From an uncultured Nitrosomonadales bacterium (GTDB lineage Bacteria > Pseudomonadota > Gammaproteobacteria > Burkholderiales > Gallionellaceae), in contig CAIOSY010000055.1 of assembly GCA_903861075.1 (NCBI GenBank), forward strand, positions 8,877 through 72,876: a DNA stretch of 64,000 nucleotides, in the 5' to 3' direction. Positions 40,270 to 51,731 of this stretch are shown piece after piece. Both the position numbers and the translations under genes were made by a program. Positions within the stretch are counted from its first letter, which is position 1. Every line of letters starts with the position of its first letter. The notes under the pieces were generated by a model, which was not told where the DNA came from, ran no database searches, and was given only the letters and a program-made list of their open reading frames with translations.

Positions 40270-42234
40270 TTATATACCGCTCTGACTCCATTGTGCATTA
40301 AGCAGTTTATCGCGCGTGAGATGTAATGCAAAGGTGCAGTCCGCGCGGTGTATGGTGATTCCTCGATCGCGCGTCACATAAGCGATAATCGTGTCCGGTG
40401 GTGCAGGGTTGCAGCATTTTGCATTGCGTGTCACAAGGTTGCCCATACCTTCTATCAAGATGCCGGTTGAGGCGTGTTTTTCGACGGCCGCTTTAAACAC
40501 CGGTTTTATGATGGAGATGAGCTTGTTTGGCAGTTCTTCCTGGATGGCAACGGCAATACGGCGCTGAGTGATTTCATTTCGACCGATCGCAGCCAGTAAA
40601 TCATCTAATTTATTGAAGTGCAGTCGTTGGGCAAGTTTCTCCTGATTTATCGAACTAATGCCCAGTCTATGTAGCTCCCGATCCAGTTGTGTTTTGCCTT
40701 GTGCGACGCTTTCATCAAAGTTTTGGTTCTTGAACCATGCACGTACCTTGGCGCGTGCGCGTGATCCTTGTAAAAACCCCAATGTGGGATTTAACCAGTC
40801 ACGGCTGGGAGCTCCGATTTTGGTGGTTAGAATTTCTACGCGTTGTCCGTTTTGTAGCTTGTAGTTGAGTGGCACGATACTGCCGTTTACTTTTGCCCCT
40901 CGAGTCCGGTGTCCAAGATCCGTGTGCAGAGTATAAGCAAAATCAACAGGGGTGGAACCTCTTGCTAAGTCGATGACTCGGCCTTGAGGAGTGAGTACGT
41001 AAACTTGATCGTGAAACAACTCATTCTTAAATTGTTCATGGGTATCTTCCTGCTCGGAGAGGTCTTTTTTCCATTCCAAAATCTGCCTCAACCAGATTAT
41101 CTTTTCATCTAGTTTTGTATCGGACTTGCCGCCCTCTTTATAGCGCCAGTGTGCTGCAACGCCTAATTCGGAATACTGATGCATCTCATGGGTGCGAATT
41201 TGAACCTCGAAAGTTTGACCTCGCGGACCTGTGACTGCGGTATGCAGTGAACGATAGTTGTTGCTTTTCGGGCGTGCAATGTAGTCATCATATTCGCTGG
41301 AAATAGGTGTCCATCGTTCATGTACCAAACCGAGTGCGGCATAGCAGCTTTGCACGTCCTCAACCAGGATACGTACCGCACGTACGTCATATAATTCATC
41401 AAACGCGAGATTTTTGCGTTTCATTTTATTGATGATGCTGTAAATGTGTTTAGGTCGCCCGGTAACCTCGGCAGCAATACCCGTCGCGGCTAAGATTTGT
41501 TTTAGCTGTTGTACAACGTCGTCAATGTAGCGTTCACGGTCAATACGGCGCTCATCGAGTAATTTGGCAATGTGTTTATAGTGTGCAGGATCCAGATAGC
41601 GTACGGATAAATCCTCCAGTTCCCATTTGATTTGCCATACCCCCAGGCGATTTGCCAGTGGGGCAAATAGACTTTGTGTTTCCTGAGCCACGCGTTTTTG
41701 TTGCTCTATGCTAGCGCCGGATAGTGTTCTTAGTGTTTGGGTGCGTTCTGCAAGTTTGATCAGCACGACGCGTATGTCACTTACCATAGCCAGCAGCATT
41801 TTACGTAAAATTTCGACCTGTTTTACCTGCTCGACAGGGATTTTTCCCCGTTTGTTAGGGGAGAGCGGCTCGCTAAATTGCTGGATTTGTGTCATGCGAG
41901 ACATGCCTTCGACTAGGGCTGTAATGGTTTGACCAAAATCAGCGTCAATTTTGACCTGCCAGTCATCCAGGAATTGCGGTGTCGCATGGAGTAGCGCGGC
42001 TGTCACGGCCTCAAAATCCATGTTCATCCCGGCCAAAATAGAGGCGGTAGCCAATGCCTGATGTATGAGCGGCAGCCCCGTCAGATCAGTGTGTTCATTG
42101 TATAGCCGGGTCGCCAGTTCACCGGCGCGACGGATGATCTCAACTTCGTCCGCGGTGTAGGTACGTGGCAACGAAGTTAGCCATGAAGGTAGATCGATAA
42201 ACCGGGGTGAATCTTTAGTGTGTAGAGCAACCAT
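40270..42234 (-). CDS. relA: RelA-type (p)ppGpp synthetase lacking the C-terminal ACT/RRM domain
   Basis: Degenerate HD region (ALLHA, KLAERTQ). Synthetase motifs GRPKHIYSI, EYDD and EVQIRT. TGS domain, then CC...H..DC zinc finger, then stop. Confidence 0.93.
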   Translation of the reverse strand: MVALHTKDSPRFIDLPSWLTSLPRTYTADEVEIIRRAGELATRLYNEHTDLTGLPLIHQALATASILAGMNMDFEAVTAALLHATPQFLDDWQVKIDADFGQTITALVEGMSRMTQIQQFSEPLSPNKRGKIPVEQVKQVEILRKMLLAMVSDIRVVLIKLAERTQTLRTLSGASIEQQKRVAQETQSLFAPLANRLGVWQIKWELEDLSVRYLDPAHYKHIAKLLDERRIDRERYIDDVVQQLKQILAATGIAAEVTGRPKHIYSIINKMKRKNLAFDELYDVRAVRILVEDVQSCYAALGLVHERWTPISSEYDDYIARPKSNNYRSLHTAVTGPRGQTFEVQIRTHEMHQYSELGVAAHWRYKEGGKSDTKLDEKIIWLRQILEWKKDLSEQEDTHEQFKNELFHDQVYVLTPQGRVIDLARGSTPVDFAYTLHTDLGHRTRGAKVNGSIVPLNYKLQNGQRVEILTTKIGAPSRDWLNPTLGFLQGSRARAKVRAWFKNQNFDESVAQGKTQLDRELHRLGISSINQEKLAQRLHFNKLDDLLAAIGRNEITQRRIAVAIQEELPNKLISIIKPVFKAAVEKHASTGILIEGMGNLVTRNAKCCNPAPPDTIIAYVTRDRGITIHRADCTFALHLTRDKLLNAQWSQSGI

Positions 42235-42338
42235 GGATTTTGTAATTACGCGTTGAGGCGGTGTTAAAGCGTGAATAGGGGTTCAGAGAGAAATGCCCAG
42301 TGCTATTTTACGCATTATTGAACTCTGTTGCCGGGTCG

Positions 42339-42806
42339 TTAAGCATCGCGCACCAGTTGGCTGGTAATATGTTTCCATTCATCCGGATCTAAGGGGGTGA
42401 TGGATAGGCGATTCCCCGGTTGCAGAGTGCGCATACGTTCAAGTGTTGGATGTAAGCGCATTTCAGCGAGTGAAATTAGTGCGATTTTTTTGACCAGTTG
42501 TACGTCGACATTAAACCAGCGGGGTTGTTCTTGAGTTGCTTTTTCGTCAAAGTATTTGCTGTCTTTGTTAAATTGCGTCGTATCGGGGTAAGCGGTGCTA
42601 GATACCCGTGCTATTCCTGCAATGCCGGGAACCTTGCAATTGGAGTGATAAAACAGCACGCCATCGCCGATGGACATTTGATCACGCATGAAATTTCGTG
42701 CCTGATAATTGCGCACACCATACCAGGCGACGCTCTGTTCGGGGAAACTTGCCAGATCGTCGATGCTGACGTCGGCAGGTTCAGATTTCATAAGCCAGTA
42801 ACGCAT
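42339..42806 (-). CDS. EVE-domain protein
   Basis: YWLMKSEP, W.GVRNYQARNF, FYHSNC and RLSITP motifs. Confidence 0.95.
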   Translation of the reverse strand: MRYWLMKSEPADVSIDDLASFPEQSVAWYGVRNYQARNFMRDQMSIGDGVLFYHSNCKVPGIAGIARVSSTAYPDTTQFNKDSKYFDEKATQEQPRWFNVDVQLVKKIALISLAEMRLHPTLERMRTLQPGNRLSITPLDPDEWKHITSQLVRDA

Positions 42807-43055
42807 ATTGCTCCCTTATCGTTTTAATAGCCTTTTGCCAAGGTTTTATGGTGTATTCTACCGATTTTACCGCTCAATTATTCCTAGAGTGTGCTTATAA
42901 AATCCCGGCCAGATTTTCGCCTATATTGCCATTCATAACCAGAAAAACCTACCCGATGAAATAACAAAACTAAAAGAGATCGCCTGCTGTTGGATGAACG
43001 TGATGTAAAAACAGCAAAGACGGTAGAGCGGGAGGCTGAATTTAATAAGACCTCT

Positions 43056-44096
43056 TTAACAAATTCTGGGTAGTTGCTCACCGGCCAGCCAGTCGACTAT
43101 CCGTCGCCCCCCCAGTTTTGTGGTCATTTGCACGAAGCAATGCGGATCTTCGCAGATGCTGCCAATGATAGTAGCATCCTTGGCTCGTGGATGAGCTTGC
43201 ATTACTTTAAGCAACTTATCGGTATCTTCTGCGGCACAAATTGCAATCAGCTTACCTTCGTTGGCAATATAGAGCGGATCCAGACCCAGAAATTCACAGG
43301 CGGCGGCAACGGGTGGATTGACCTTGATTGCCGTTTCCTCCAGCAGCATACCCACGCCGGATTGTTTGGCGATTTCGTTGAGTGTCGTTGCCAGTCCCCC
43401 GCGTGTCGGGTCGCGCAGCACGCGCAATTTTGCACCGCTATCTAGCATGGCTGCGACTAATTCATGCAGTGCCGCCGTGTCCGAAACGATAGGGGCATCA
43501 AAATTCAGGCCTTCCCTTTGAGATAGCACGGCCATGCCGTGATCGCCTATTGTGCCGGACACGAGTATCCTGTCGCCCGGTTGGGCTAGATTGCCGGACA
43601 GCGTAATGTCGTGGCGCATTATGCCGACGGCAGTCGTGGTGATAAACACACCGTCGCCCTTGCCTTTTTCCACCACTTTGGTGTCTCCGGTGACGATGGG
43701 AACACCTGCATCGGCAGAAGCTTGTGCCATCGACTCGACGATACGTTTCAAATCAATCAGCGGGAAGCCTTCTTCAAGGATGAAGGAAGCCGCAAGATAT
43801 AACGGCATCGCGCCCATCATCGCCACATCATTGATGGTGCCATGTACCGACAAACAGCCAATATCGCCTCCCGCAAAGAAAAGTGGTGAGATCACATGTC
43901 CGTCGGTAGACATCACCAACCTTCCGCCGGCCTGCGGTAGTAATGCACCGTCATTACCCTGAGCCAAATAGGAATTGTCGAAAGTCGCAGTGAATAATTC
44001 ATGAATAAGTTGCGCCATTGCACGCCCGCCTGAGCCGTGCGACATTTCAATACACCCGTTTTTAATATCGAGCGCACGGGCATTATTTTTGCTCAT
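43056..44096 (-). CDS. hypE: hydrogenase maturation protein HypE
   Basis: HGSGG, STDGHVISP, GTINDV, RDPTRGG, ANEG and C-terminal PRIC. Confidence 0.97.
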   Translation of the reverse strand: MSKNNARALDIKNGCIEMSHGSGGRAMAQLIHELFTATFDNSYLAQGNDGALLPQAGGRLVMSTDGHVISPLFFAGGDIGCLSVHGTINDVAMMGAMPLYLAASFILEEGFPLIDLKRIVESMAQASADAGVPIVTGDTKVVEKGKGDGVFITTTAVGIMRHDITLSGNLAQPGDRILVSGTIGDHGMAVLSQREGLNFDAPIVSDTAALHELVAAMLDSGAKLRVLRDPTRGGLATTLNEIAKQSGVGMLLEETAIKVNPPVAAACEFLGLDPLYIANEGKLIAICAAEDTDKLLKVMQAHPRAKDATIIGSICEDPHCFVQMTTKLGGRRIVDWLAGEQLPRIC

Positions 44097-45208
44097 ACTA
44101 TTACTCCTCTAAATCGCCCGTAGCTGTAGTGGGCGGCACATGCGCCTTCGGATGACACCATGCAGGAGCCGATTGGATTTTCGGGTGTACAAACGGTGCC
44201 GAATATCTTACATGCTTGCGGATGTTTTTCACCGCGCAAAATAGCGGCGCATTCACAGGCCTTATGATCGGGGACAGCGATATAGTCTGAGCCGAATTTC
44301 AGCTCGGCATCGAATGCGGCAAAATCCGGAGTCAGCTTCAAGGCGCTAAACGGGACGGAACCGAGTCCGCGCCATTCGAATACCTCCCTCAGTTCAAATA
44401 CTTCAGCAACCAGTAACTGTGCTTTTATATTTCCTTCACGGGTCACGGCCCGAGTAAATTCGTTTTCGACAGCGGCGCGTCCCGTGTTGATCTGGCGTAC
44501 CAGCATCAATATTGCCTGCATCACATCCAGCGGTTCGAATCCGGCGATGACCACCGGCTTGGCGTAATCATCGGCAAACACCTCGTAGGGTTTACTGCCG
44601 ATTATGGTTGAGACATGGGCAGGGCCGACGAAACCGTCCAGTTGTACGCCGTCTTCCACCGCCAGAATTGCGTGCATCGCCGCAGGCGTCAGCACATGGT
44701 TGCAAAGTATGCTGAAATTTTGCAGGTTTTCGACCCGTGCCTGCTTGATTGCGACTGCCGTCGGTGGTGTTGTTGTCTCGAAGCCGATAGCCAGAAATAC
44801 CACTTCTCGCCCTGGATTGTCGCGTGCGATTTTCAGCGCGTCCTGTGTCGAATAGATCATCCTCACATCAGCACCATTGGCCCTGGCGCGCATCAGCGTG
44901 AGTTTGCCTGAGGCAGGCACGCGCATGGTGTCGGCATAGGTGCAAAGAATAACGCCATGATCGCACGCCAGCCGGATTGCCTGATCCACGCGACCGATAG
45001 GCAATACGCAGATCGGGCAACCGGGACCATGGATCATCCTGACATTGGCTGGCAGCAAGTCGCTGATTCCGTAGCGTGAAATCGCATGGGTATGGCCGCC
45101 GCAAAATTCCATTAATCGATAAATATGAGCAGGATCGACCTCGTGCGCAATATTGGCGGCGATGATTTTTGCTAATTTACCATCGCGAAATTCGTCTACA
45201 TATTTCAT
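44093..45208 (-). CDS. hypD: hydrogenase maturation protein HypD
   Basis: [22 protein letters not shown] and [11 protein letters not shown] motifs. Confidence 0.97.
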   Translation of the reverse strand: MKYVDEFRDGKLAKIIAANIAHEVDPAHIYRLMEFCGGHTHAISRYGISDLLPANVRMIHGPGCPICVLPIGRVDQAIRLACDHGVILCTYADTMRVPASGKLTLMRARANGADVRMIYSTQDALKIARDNPGREVVFLAIGFETTTPPTAVAIKQARVENLQNFSILCNHVLTPAAMHAILAVEDGVQLDGFVGPAHVSTIIGSKPYEVFADDYAKPVVIAGFEPLDVMQAILMLVRQINTGRAAVENEFTRAVTREGNIKAQLLVAEVFELREVFEWRGLGSVPFSALKLTPDFAAFDAELKFGSDYIAVPDHKACECAAILRGEKHPQACKIFGTVCTPENPIGSCMVSSEGACAAHYSYGRFRGVIV

Positions 45209-45459
45209 AACGGACTTCCGTCTGTTACGGTGTGCAGTGTGTCGTATTTGGATAATTGAGCAAACAGTGATAGCGTCTGCAGTGCTTCTTCCTCATCCAG
45301 CTTTTGCAGTGCGTAACCGACATGTACGATCACATAATCACCGACAGCGACCTCGTCCAGCAGTGATAATGAAATTTCCTTGCGCACTCCTCCGAGGTTA
45401 ACGATGGCATTACCCGGTGTGGTCAATTCTTCAATTCGTGCGGGTATGGCGAGACACAT
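45205..45459 (-). CDS. hypC: hydrogenase assembly chaperone HypC
   Basis: MCLAIPA and YVIVHVGYA motifs. ATG at 45459. Confidence 0.96.
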   Translation of the reverse strand: MCLAIPARIEELTTPGNAIVNLGGVRKEISLSLLDEVAVGDYVIVHVGYALQKLDEEEALQTLSLFAQLSKYDTLHTVTDGSPL

Positions 45460-45460
45460 T

Positions 45461-47755
45461 TCAAGCTCCTTGGTTAAAACTTTGCAGGGCGACCCATGCC
45501 TGACCCAGCGAAATACCGCCGTCATTGGGCGGTAGCTGTTGCGCCGTCAAGACATGAAAACCCTGATTGGTTAATTCTTCGATTAATGCGGCTGACAATA
45601 CGCTGTTGAGCAGGCAGCCACCGCTCAATGCGATAGTCGTTATATTTTTTTGTTGTGCGGCGCGGCGTATCAATGCAACTAATCCTTGTCCCAGCGTGGC
45701 ATGGAATAGTGCTGCACCATATGCCTTGTTGCTGCAATCGGCTAATATATTCAGTAACGGCAGGAAATCCAGTTCGCCGTTCTCTGTTATTGCATAGCCA
45801 TTATTCTGTGCTTCAACCCTCCCTTGTTTTATGGTCAGGCCTTCCATAAACATCGCGGCCTGCCCTTCGTAGTTCTGACGTTCACATAGACCCAGCAGTC
45901 CGGCAGCGGCATCGAATAGCCTGCCTGCACTGGAGGTTTTCGGGCAATTCAGGTCGCGTTGTAACATCGTAACCACAGTTTTTGTTCCTGACTGTTTAGG
46001 GAAGCGCTGTACAATTTCGTTACCACGCCCTAATTGGAACAGCGCTGCAGATGCCATGCGCCAGGGTTCCTGCGCAGCACGATCACCGCCCGGCATGGCG
46101 ATAGGCGTGAGATGTCCGATACGTTCAAAACGGGCGCCGGCAACGTAGAGCAGCTCCCCTCCCCAGGCTTTGCCGTCCGTCCCCAGACCCACACCATCCA
46201 GTGCGAGTCCCAGAACGGGGAGGCTGGTGCGATGTTCGGCACAGATCGCGGCGATATGGGCATGGTGATGCTGTACGGCGATGACAGGTATTCCATGCTG
46301 TGCGGCATAGTTGGCTGCAAACTGGCTACTGTAAAAGTCGGGATGCAGATCGTGCGCAATGAGTTCAGGTTGAATATCGAGTATTTCGCATAGATGTGCA
46401 ACGGTTTCTTCCAGCATGGCACGGGTTCCGGCATGATCCAGATCGCCGATGTGTTGAGAGACGAAAGCTTTGTTTTCTCTGGTGATACAAAGCGTGTTTT
46501 TTAGCCCGGCGCCGCAAGCCAGCACCGACGGGCCTGAAAATGGCAGCAGGATATGGCGAGGTGTAAAACCGCGTGCGCGCCGTATGAATTGGGGGGCGGC
46601 CACATTTACGCGCATCACGCTGTCATCGCAACGATGCAGAATGTCACGATCGTGGCTGAGGAAGGCGTCAGCCAATCCTGTCAGTGAGTATTGCGCTTCG
46701 GCATCGCTTGTTACCAGCGGTTCTCCGTATGGATTGGCGCTGGTCATTAGCAGAACGACAGGGGATTCCTGTTGCAGCCAGTCCGTTTTTTTTGGGCTGA
46801 GTTCACTAAACAGAAGGTAGTGCAGCGGCGTGTAAGGCAACATGATGCCGATATTGATCAGCCCCGGTGCGATGCCGGGTAATTCATGAGTGGATTGCAC
46901 CAGGACAATCGGGCGTTCCGGTGATTCGAGTAAGGCGATTTCTTTAGAAGAAAGTATTGCATGGCATTTTGCAGACGTTGTATTTAGCACCATGACCGCA
47001 AAGGGTTTTTCGTCGCGCTGTTTACCTTCACGCAATCTGGTTACGGCCGTGCTATGTGCGTCGCACACCAGATGGAAACCGCCTATGCCCTTGATGGCGA
47101 CAATTTTGCCTGCGCGTATCAACCCGGCAGTTGACATCAGGGCATCATCGGTTACGATTGTCTGCCAGTTTTTGTCATAAAGACGAAGTGTGGGCCCACA
47201 CGCCGGACAGGAATTAGACTGTGCATGAAAGCGTCGTGTGCCGGGCATTTCATATTCCTGCTGGCAGTCAGGACACTGTTTGAACGTATTCATGCTGGTA
47301 TTGGCGCGATCATAGGGGAGTTTCGCGGTTAGTGTGTAGCGCGGTCCGCAGTGTATGCAATTGATGAAGGGGTGCTGATAGCGGCGGTCGCCAGGATCGA
47401 ACAACTCGAACAGGCAATCGGTACAAATCGCCATGTCAGGTGTAATCGCGGTTTGTCGCTGCCGACCGTCTTGACTGGGAATGATGTTAAATTCCATGAA
47501 CTCACCTTGCTCAGATAGGAGCTCATGTGTGATTTGTTCTATTCTCGCTAAATAAGGAGCTTCATTTCTTAGCCGCTCGATCAGGCTCATGAGCTTTGAT
47601 TGCGCTCCCTGGATGGTAATGTCCACGCCTAGGTTGTCGTTGCGAACCCAACCTGTTAATTCAAGCTCATGAGCCAGGCGATAGACGAAGGGGCGAAATC
47701 CCACGCCCTGAACCTGACCCGTTATGCGGATACGGGCGTGAATAATGTTGTTCAT
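45461..47755 (-). CDS. hypF: carbamoyltransferase HypF
   Basis: [10 protein letters not shown], zinc fingers (CTDC/CIHCGP, CPDC/CPACGP), [14 protein letters not shown] and [11 protein letters not shown]. Confidence 0.97.
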   Translation of the reverse strand: MNNIIHARIRITGQVQGVGFRPFVYRLAHELELTGWVRNDNLGVDITIQGAQSKLMSLIERLRNEAPYLARIEQITHELLSEQGEFMEFNIIPSQDGRQRQTAITPDMAICTDCLFELFDPGDRRYQHPFINCIHCGPRYTLTAKLPYDRANTSMNTFKQCPDCQQEYEMPGTRRFHAQSNSCPACGPTLRLYDKNWQTIVTDDALMSTAGLIRAGKIVAIKGIGGFHLVCDAHSTAVTRLREGKQRDEKPFAVMVLNTTSAKCHAILSSKEIALLESPERPIVLVQSTHELPGIAPGLINIGIMLPYTPLHYLLFSELSPKKTDWLQQESPVVLLMTSANPYGEPLVTSDAEAQYSLTGLADAFLSHDRDILHRCDDSVMRVNVAAPQFIRRARGFTPRHILLPFSGPSVLACGAGLKNTLCITRENKAFVSQHIGDLDHAGTRAMLEETVAHLCEILDIQPELIAHDLHPDFYSSQFAANYAAQHGIPVIAVQHHHAHIAAICAEHRTSLPVLGLALDGVGLGTDGKAWGGELLYVAGARFERIGHLTPIAMPGGDRAAQEPWRMASAALFQLGRGNEIVQRFPKQSGTKTVVTMLQRDLNCPKTSSAGRLFDAAAGLLGLCERQNYEGQAAMFMEGLTIKQGRVEAQNNGYAITENGELDFLPLLNILADCSNKAYGAALFHATLGQGLVALIRRAAQQKNITTIALSGGCLLNSVLSAALIEELTNQGFHVLTAQQLPPNDGGISLGQAWVALQSFNQGA

Positions 47756-47756
47756 A

Positions 47757-48566
47757 CTATTTTGCCGCAATGGCTTTCCGGCTACCCGCTTCAATCCAGT
47801 TCAGCCATTCATCCATACCTTCACCGCTAACGGCGGAGATGCGCATCACTTTCAATTGCGGGTTAATGCGGTGTGCATAGGTGATAGCCAGTTCGGCATC
47901 GAATTCAAGATATGGTAGCAGGTCGCATTTGTTCAGTAGCATCAGGTCGGCAGCACGGAACATGTCGGGATATTTTAGTGGCTTATCTTCACCTTCGGTT
48001 ACCGACAGGATGACTACCTTGTGTGCCTCGCCCAAATCAAAGGCTGCCGGGCATACTAGATTGCCGACATTTTCGATCAGCAGCAGGCTGTCATCCGCCA
48101 AATCCAGTTGCGTCATGGCTTGTCCTGTCATTTGCGCATCCAGATGGCAACCGCGTCCGGTATTGATTTGAATCGCGGGCGCACCAGCGGCACGAATGCG
48201 TGCGGCGTCATTTTCGGTCTGCTGATCCCCCTCGATGACGGCCAGGGGGAGTTTTCCTTGTAGCATTGCTATGGATTTTACCAGCAGGGTCGTTTTGCCG
48301 GAACCCGGACTGGATACCAGATTAAGTGCAAAGACCCCCCTTTCATTCAGGAGACGACGGTTTGCTTCGGCAAAGGTATCGTTTCTGGCAAGTAGATCAC
48401 GCTCGACTTGAATAACCCGCGTAGTGGTATCTGCGGGTGGATGTTCGTGTTTGGTTTTATCGGGCGGAGTTTGTACTTTACGGAAGGAAATGGCCCCGAT
48501 TCCTCGCACGGGACGTTTGCCCCCGATCAATACATCATGACTGTTGCAACCGCATGTAGCACACAT
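47757..48566 (-). CDS. hypB: hydrogenase nickel incorporation GTPase HypB
   Basis: N-terminal [30 protein letters not shown] and NKCD. Confidence 0.97.
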   Translation of the reverse strand: MCATCGCNSHDVLIGGKRPVRGIGAISFRKVQTPPDKTKHEHPPADTTTRVIQVERDLLARNDTFAEANRRLLNERGVFALNLVSSPGSGKTTLLVKSIAMLQGKLPLAVIEGDQQTENDAARIRAAGAPAIQINTGRGCHLDAQMTGQAMTQLDLADDSLLLIENVGNLVCPAAFDLGEAHKVVILSVTEGEDKPLKYPDMFRAADLMLLNKCDLLPYLEFDAELAITYAHRINPQLKVMRISAVSGEGMDEWLNWIEAGSRKAIAAK

Positions 48567-48603
48567 AATTTACTCCAATTTAGTGATTCACTTATTTTTG
48601 AAA

Positions 48604-48945
48604 TCATTCGACGACTAGGTCTTTAACCCGCATTAGATTGCCCGCAGTGATTTGCAGGTGAGGACTGTCACAGTAGGGGCATAGGCCATATTTTTCCAGC
48701 ATTTCCACTTCTGTTCCGCAAGAGAGGCAGCGTCCGGTGCCGGGTGTTTCGATAATTTGTAATTCTGCGCCATCGGCCAGTGTGTCGCGCATTACCGAGT
48801 CGAAGCAAAAGCGCATGGCATCGGGTTCGACGGATGATAGCCGTCCTATTTCCAGTACGACAGTGCGTACGCGTTGAAAATTTTGTGCCTGTGCTGATTC
48901 CTCGATAATTTGCAGCACGCTTTCTGCCAGTGACATTTCATGCAT
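48604..48945 (-). CDS. hypA: hydrogenase maturation nickel metallochaperone HypA
   Basis: MHE N-terminus and two CxxC motifs (CLSC, CPYC). ATG at 48945. Confidence 0.96.
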   Translation of the reverse strand: MHEMSLAESVLQIIEESAQAQNFQRVRTVVLEIGRLSSVEPDAMRFCFDSVMRDTLADGAELQIIETPGTGRCLSCGTEVEMLEKYGLCPYCDSPHLQITAGNLMRVKDLVVE

Positions 48946-49215
48946 ATCAAATGGCGAAAAAGACTGCGTCAGCTGACAGCGCAACCGTCGCTAAAACTGC
49001 ATTCGGAATATTGCGATAGTGCAATGACGTTGTCATATCCGTTCCTTGTGATTTGTCTTGTAGGGCTATGCTGCAGTAGCACGGCAATTGTGTGACGATA
49101 AAACCAATCAGCAAATTTCCCGTACTACCAAATTTGTTTTTATGAGCGTAATATTAGCCTTAAAACTAAATGGAAGAGGTGTTTTTCCGAGTTTCAATCC
49201 AAGAAAAGATTACTT

Positions 49216-51024
49216 ATGACCATTCAAACTCGCAGTCATGCCGGGTATCTTGATCCGATACTGGTTAAACATCAGCATAATCCGAATAATCTGCTACAGA
49301 TACTCATCGAAGCACAGCAACATTACGGGCACATCCATACGGATGCCATAGCGCATTTAAGTGAGCAGCTACAGTTCCCCCGATCGAAGATTGAAGGGGT
49401 GGTTGGATTCTATTCATTTCTTTATTTGAAACCGCAGGGTGAGTATCGGGTGTTGTTTTCCGATAATATCACCGACCGCATGCTGGGAAATATGGATCTG
49501 ATGGAACGTATGTGCGCTCAGTTATGGGTGGAGTCGGGCAAGGTATCCGAAGACGGGTTGCTCAGTATCAATACTACCTCCTGTACCGGTATGTGTGATC
49601 AGGGGCCGGCATTGCTGGTCAATAATATTGCCATCAATCACTTAAGCCCCGAACGTGTTAATGCCATTAGTGAATTGATCCGCGAGCGGGTTCCTGTCTC
49701 GTCCTGGCCAGCCGAATTTTTCGCCATACAGGATAATATTCGGCGTAAGGACATCTTGCTCGATAGTCATTTTCAGCCTGGATCGGCCTTGTCTGTTTTG
49801 TTTCGAAGCGGCGCGCAGCGGGGACTGGATGAAATCAAGGCGTCACGCCTGCGCGGGCGAGGGGGTGCCGGATTTTCTACTGGCATGAAATGGGAATTTT
49901 GTCGCGATGCGGTGGGGGACGCGCATTATGTCGTGTGTAATGCAGATGAAGGCGAGCCGGGTACGTTCAAGGATAGGGTGCTATTGAACGGTTATGCCGA
50001 TATGGTGTTTGAAGGAATGACAGCGTGCGCCCGTATCATAGGCGCGAAAAAAGGATTTCTCTATTTGCGCGGTGAATACGTTTATCTGCGGGAACATTTA
50101 CAGGCAGTGTTACAACGTCGACGTCAGCAGTCTTTGCTGGGCCAGTGCATACTGGGCAACGACGATTTTTCTTTTGATATTGAAATTCATCTGGGTGCAG
50201 GGGCTTATATCTGCGGGGAGGAATCCGCGCTGATCGAATCTCTGGAAGGCAAGCGGGGTACGCCGCGTAATCGCCCGCCTTTCCCGGTAACGAATGGTTA
50301 TCTGGATCAACCGACGGTGGTTAACAATGTTGAGACGTTTGCCGCTGCCAGTTTGATCCTGCTGAATGACGGAGCCTGGTATGCCGGAATAGGAACAGCT
50401 ACTTCCAGCGGCACTAAGATCTTGTCTGTTTCGGGCGATTGCCAGCGCCCCGGGCTGTATGAGTATCCATTCGGGGTGACGGTCGCGGAGGTGCTGGAAG
50501 ATTGCGGTGCCCGGAACACCCAGGCAGTACAAATCAGCGGTCCCTCAGGCATGTGTATTTCTCAGGCTGAATTCGGCAGGCGCATTGCCTTTGATGATAT
50601 CCCTACGGCGGGGGCGTTTATGATCTTCGATCAGCGCCGTGATATGTTCGAGGTGGCGCGCAACTTTGTGCGTTTTTTTGCGCATGAGAGTTGTGGTTTT
50701 TGTACCCCGTGTCGGGTGGGCACATCGTTGTTATCCAATATGATGGACAAGCTGGCAAATGGTCACGGTTCACCCTATGACTTTTCCGAGATCGAGAAAC
50801 TTAACGTGATATTGCAATCCACCAGTCATTGCGGTTTGGGCCATTCGGCCTGTAACCCCGTGCTGGACACTATCAAAAAATTCCGTTCCGCCTATGAAAA
50901 GCGGATGATACATGAGGATTTTGTCCCTGCTTTTGATCTCGATTTTGCATTGACTCAGGCGCGCCAGATGACCGGACGCGATGATTCGAGTGCCCACTTG
51001 GAGCGACTTAATGAACCCAGATAA
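49216..51024 (+). CDS. hoxF: NAD-linked [NiFe]-hydrogenase diaphorase large subunit (NuoE+NuoF-like)
   Basis: CTGMCDQGP, LRGRGGAGF, NADEGEPGTFKDR, YICGEE and CGFCTPC...CGLG motifs. Confidence 0.95.
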   Translation: MTIQTRSHAGYLDPILVKHQHNPNNLLQILIEAQQHYGHIHTDAIAHLSEQLQFPRSKIEGVVGFYSFLYLKPQGEYRVLFSDNITDRMLGNMDLMERMCAQLWVESGKVSEDGLLSINTTSCTGMCDQGPALLVNNIAINHLSPERVNAISELIRERVPVSSWPAEFFAIQDNIRRKDILLDSHFQPGSALSVLFRSGAQRGLDEIKASRLRGRGGAGFSTGMKWEFCRDAVGDAHYVVCNADEGEPGTFKDRVLLNGYADMVFEGMTACARIIGAKKGFLYLRGEYVYLREHLQAVLQRRRQQSLLGQCILGNDDFSFDIEIHLGAGAYICGEESALIESLEGKRGTPRNRPPFPVTNGYLDQPTVVNNVETFAAASLILLNDGAWYAGIGTATSSGTKILSVSGDCQRPGLYEYPFGVTVAEVLEDCGARNTQAVQISGPSGMCISQAEFGRRIAFDDIPTAGAFMIFDQRRDMFEVARNFVRFFAHESCGFCTPCRVGTSLLSNMMDKLANGHGSPYDFSEIEKLNVILQSTSHCGLGHSACNPVLDTIKKFRSAYEKRMIHEDFVPAFDLDFALTQARQMTGRDDSSAHLERLNEPR

Positions 51025-51730
51025 ACAGACCTTTACCCTTGATGGCAAGACCATACCTTTTTGTAACGGTCAGACTATCATTCAGGCGGCAATGGATGCC
51101 GGCGAATATATTCCACATCTGTGTTTCAATCCCGAATTTAAACCACACGGGTCATGCAAGCTGTGTACCGTGAAGGCGGATGGACGCACCACTGCATCCT
51201 GCACGCAATTTGCGCAGGATGGTATGGTGGTTGAGAGTAATACCAAGGAAATCAATGATGAACGGCGCGTGTTATTACAGATGCTGTTCGTTGAAGGTAA
51301 TCACTTCTGCCCGTCATGCGAGAAAAGTGGGAACTGCCAGTTGCAGGCGACGGCCTATGAATTGAACATGATGTCGCCGCATTTTGATCAGTTTTTTCCT
51401 GATAGACCATTGGATGCTTCCCATCCTGAGTATTTTCTTGACTTGAATCGTTGTATCCTGTGTTCTCTTTGTGTGCGTGCCAGTCGCGATGTGGATGGCA
51501 AGAATGTGTTTGCTTTATCCGGGCGCGGGATTAAGAGTCATGTGATTGTCAATGCTCAGTCGGGGCAGTTGGGTGATACGGATTTTGCCGGTGATGACAA
51601 AGCAGCGCAGGTTTGTCCTGTCGGCGTAATTCTGAAAAAACGAGTCGGTTTCTCAGTGCCTATAGGCAAACGCAGCTTTGACGAACAGCCCATCAGTGCG
51701 ACCCCCCACCCCGTTGTGAAAGAAGCTTGA
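51011..51730 (+). CDS. hoxU: diaphorase small subunit (NuoG N-terminal-like)
   Basis: IPHLC...GSCKLC, HFCPSC...C, CILCSLC and CPVG. ATG at 51011. Confidence 0.95.
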   Translation: MNPDKQTFTLDGKTIPFCNGQTIIQAAMDAGEYIPHLCFNPEFKPHGSCKLCTVKADGRTTASCTQFAQDGMVVESNTKEINDERRVLLQMLFVEGNHFCPSCEKSGNCQLQATAYELNMMSPHFDQFFPDRPLDASHPEYFLDLNRCILCSLCVRASRDVDGKNVFALSGRGIKSHVIVNAQSGQLGDTDFAGDDKAAQVCPVGVILKKRVGFSVPIGKRSFDEQPISATPHPVVKEA

Positions 51731-51731
51731 G

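Noticed and set aside
42807-43055. Possible 6S RNA upstream of the EVE gene
   Set aside because: I could not find 6S-like terminal helices or central-bulge motifs, and there is no zapA neighbour.
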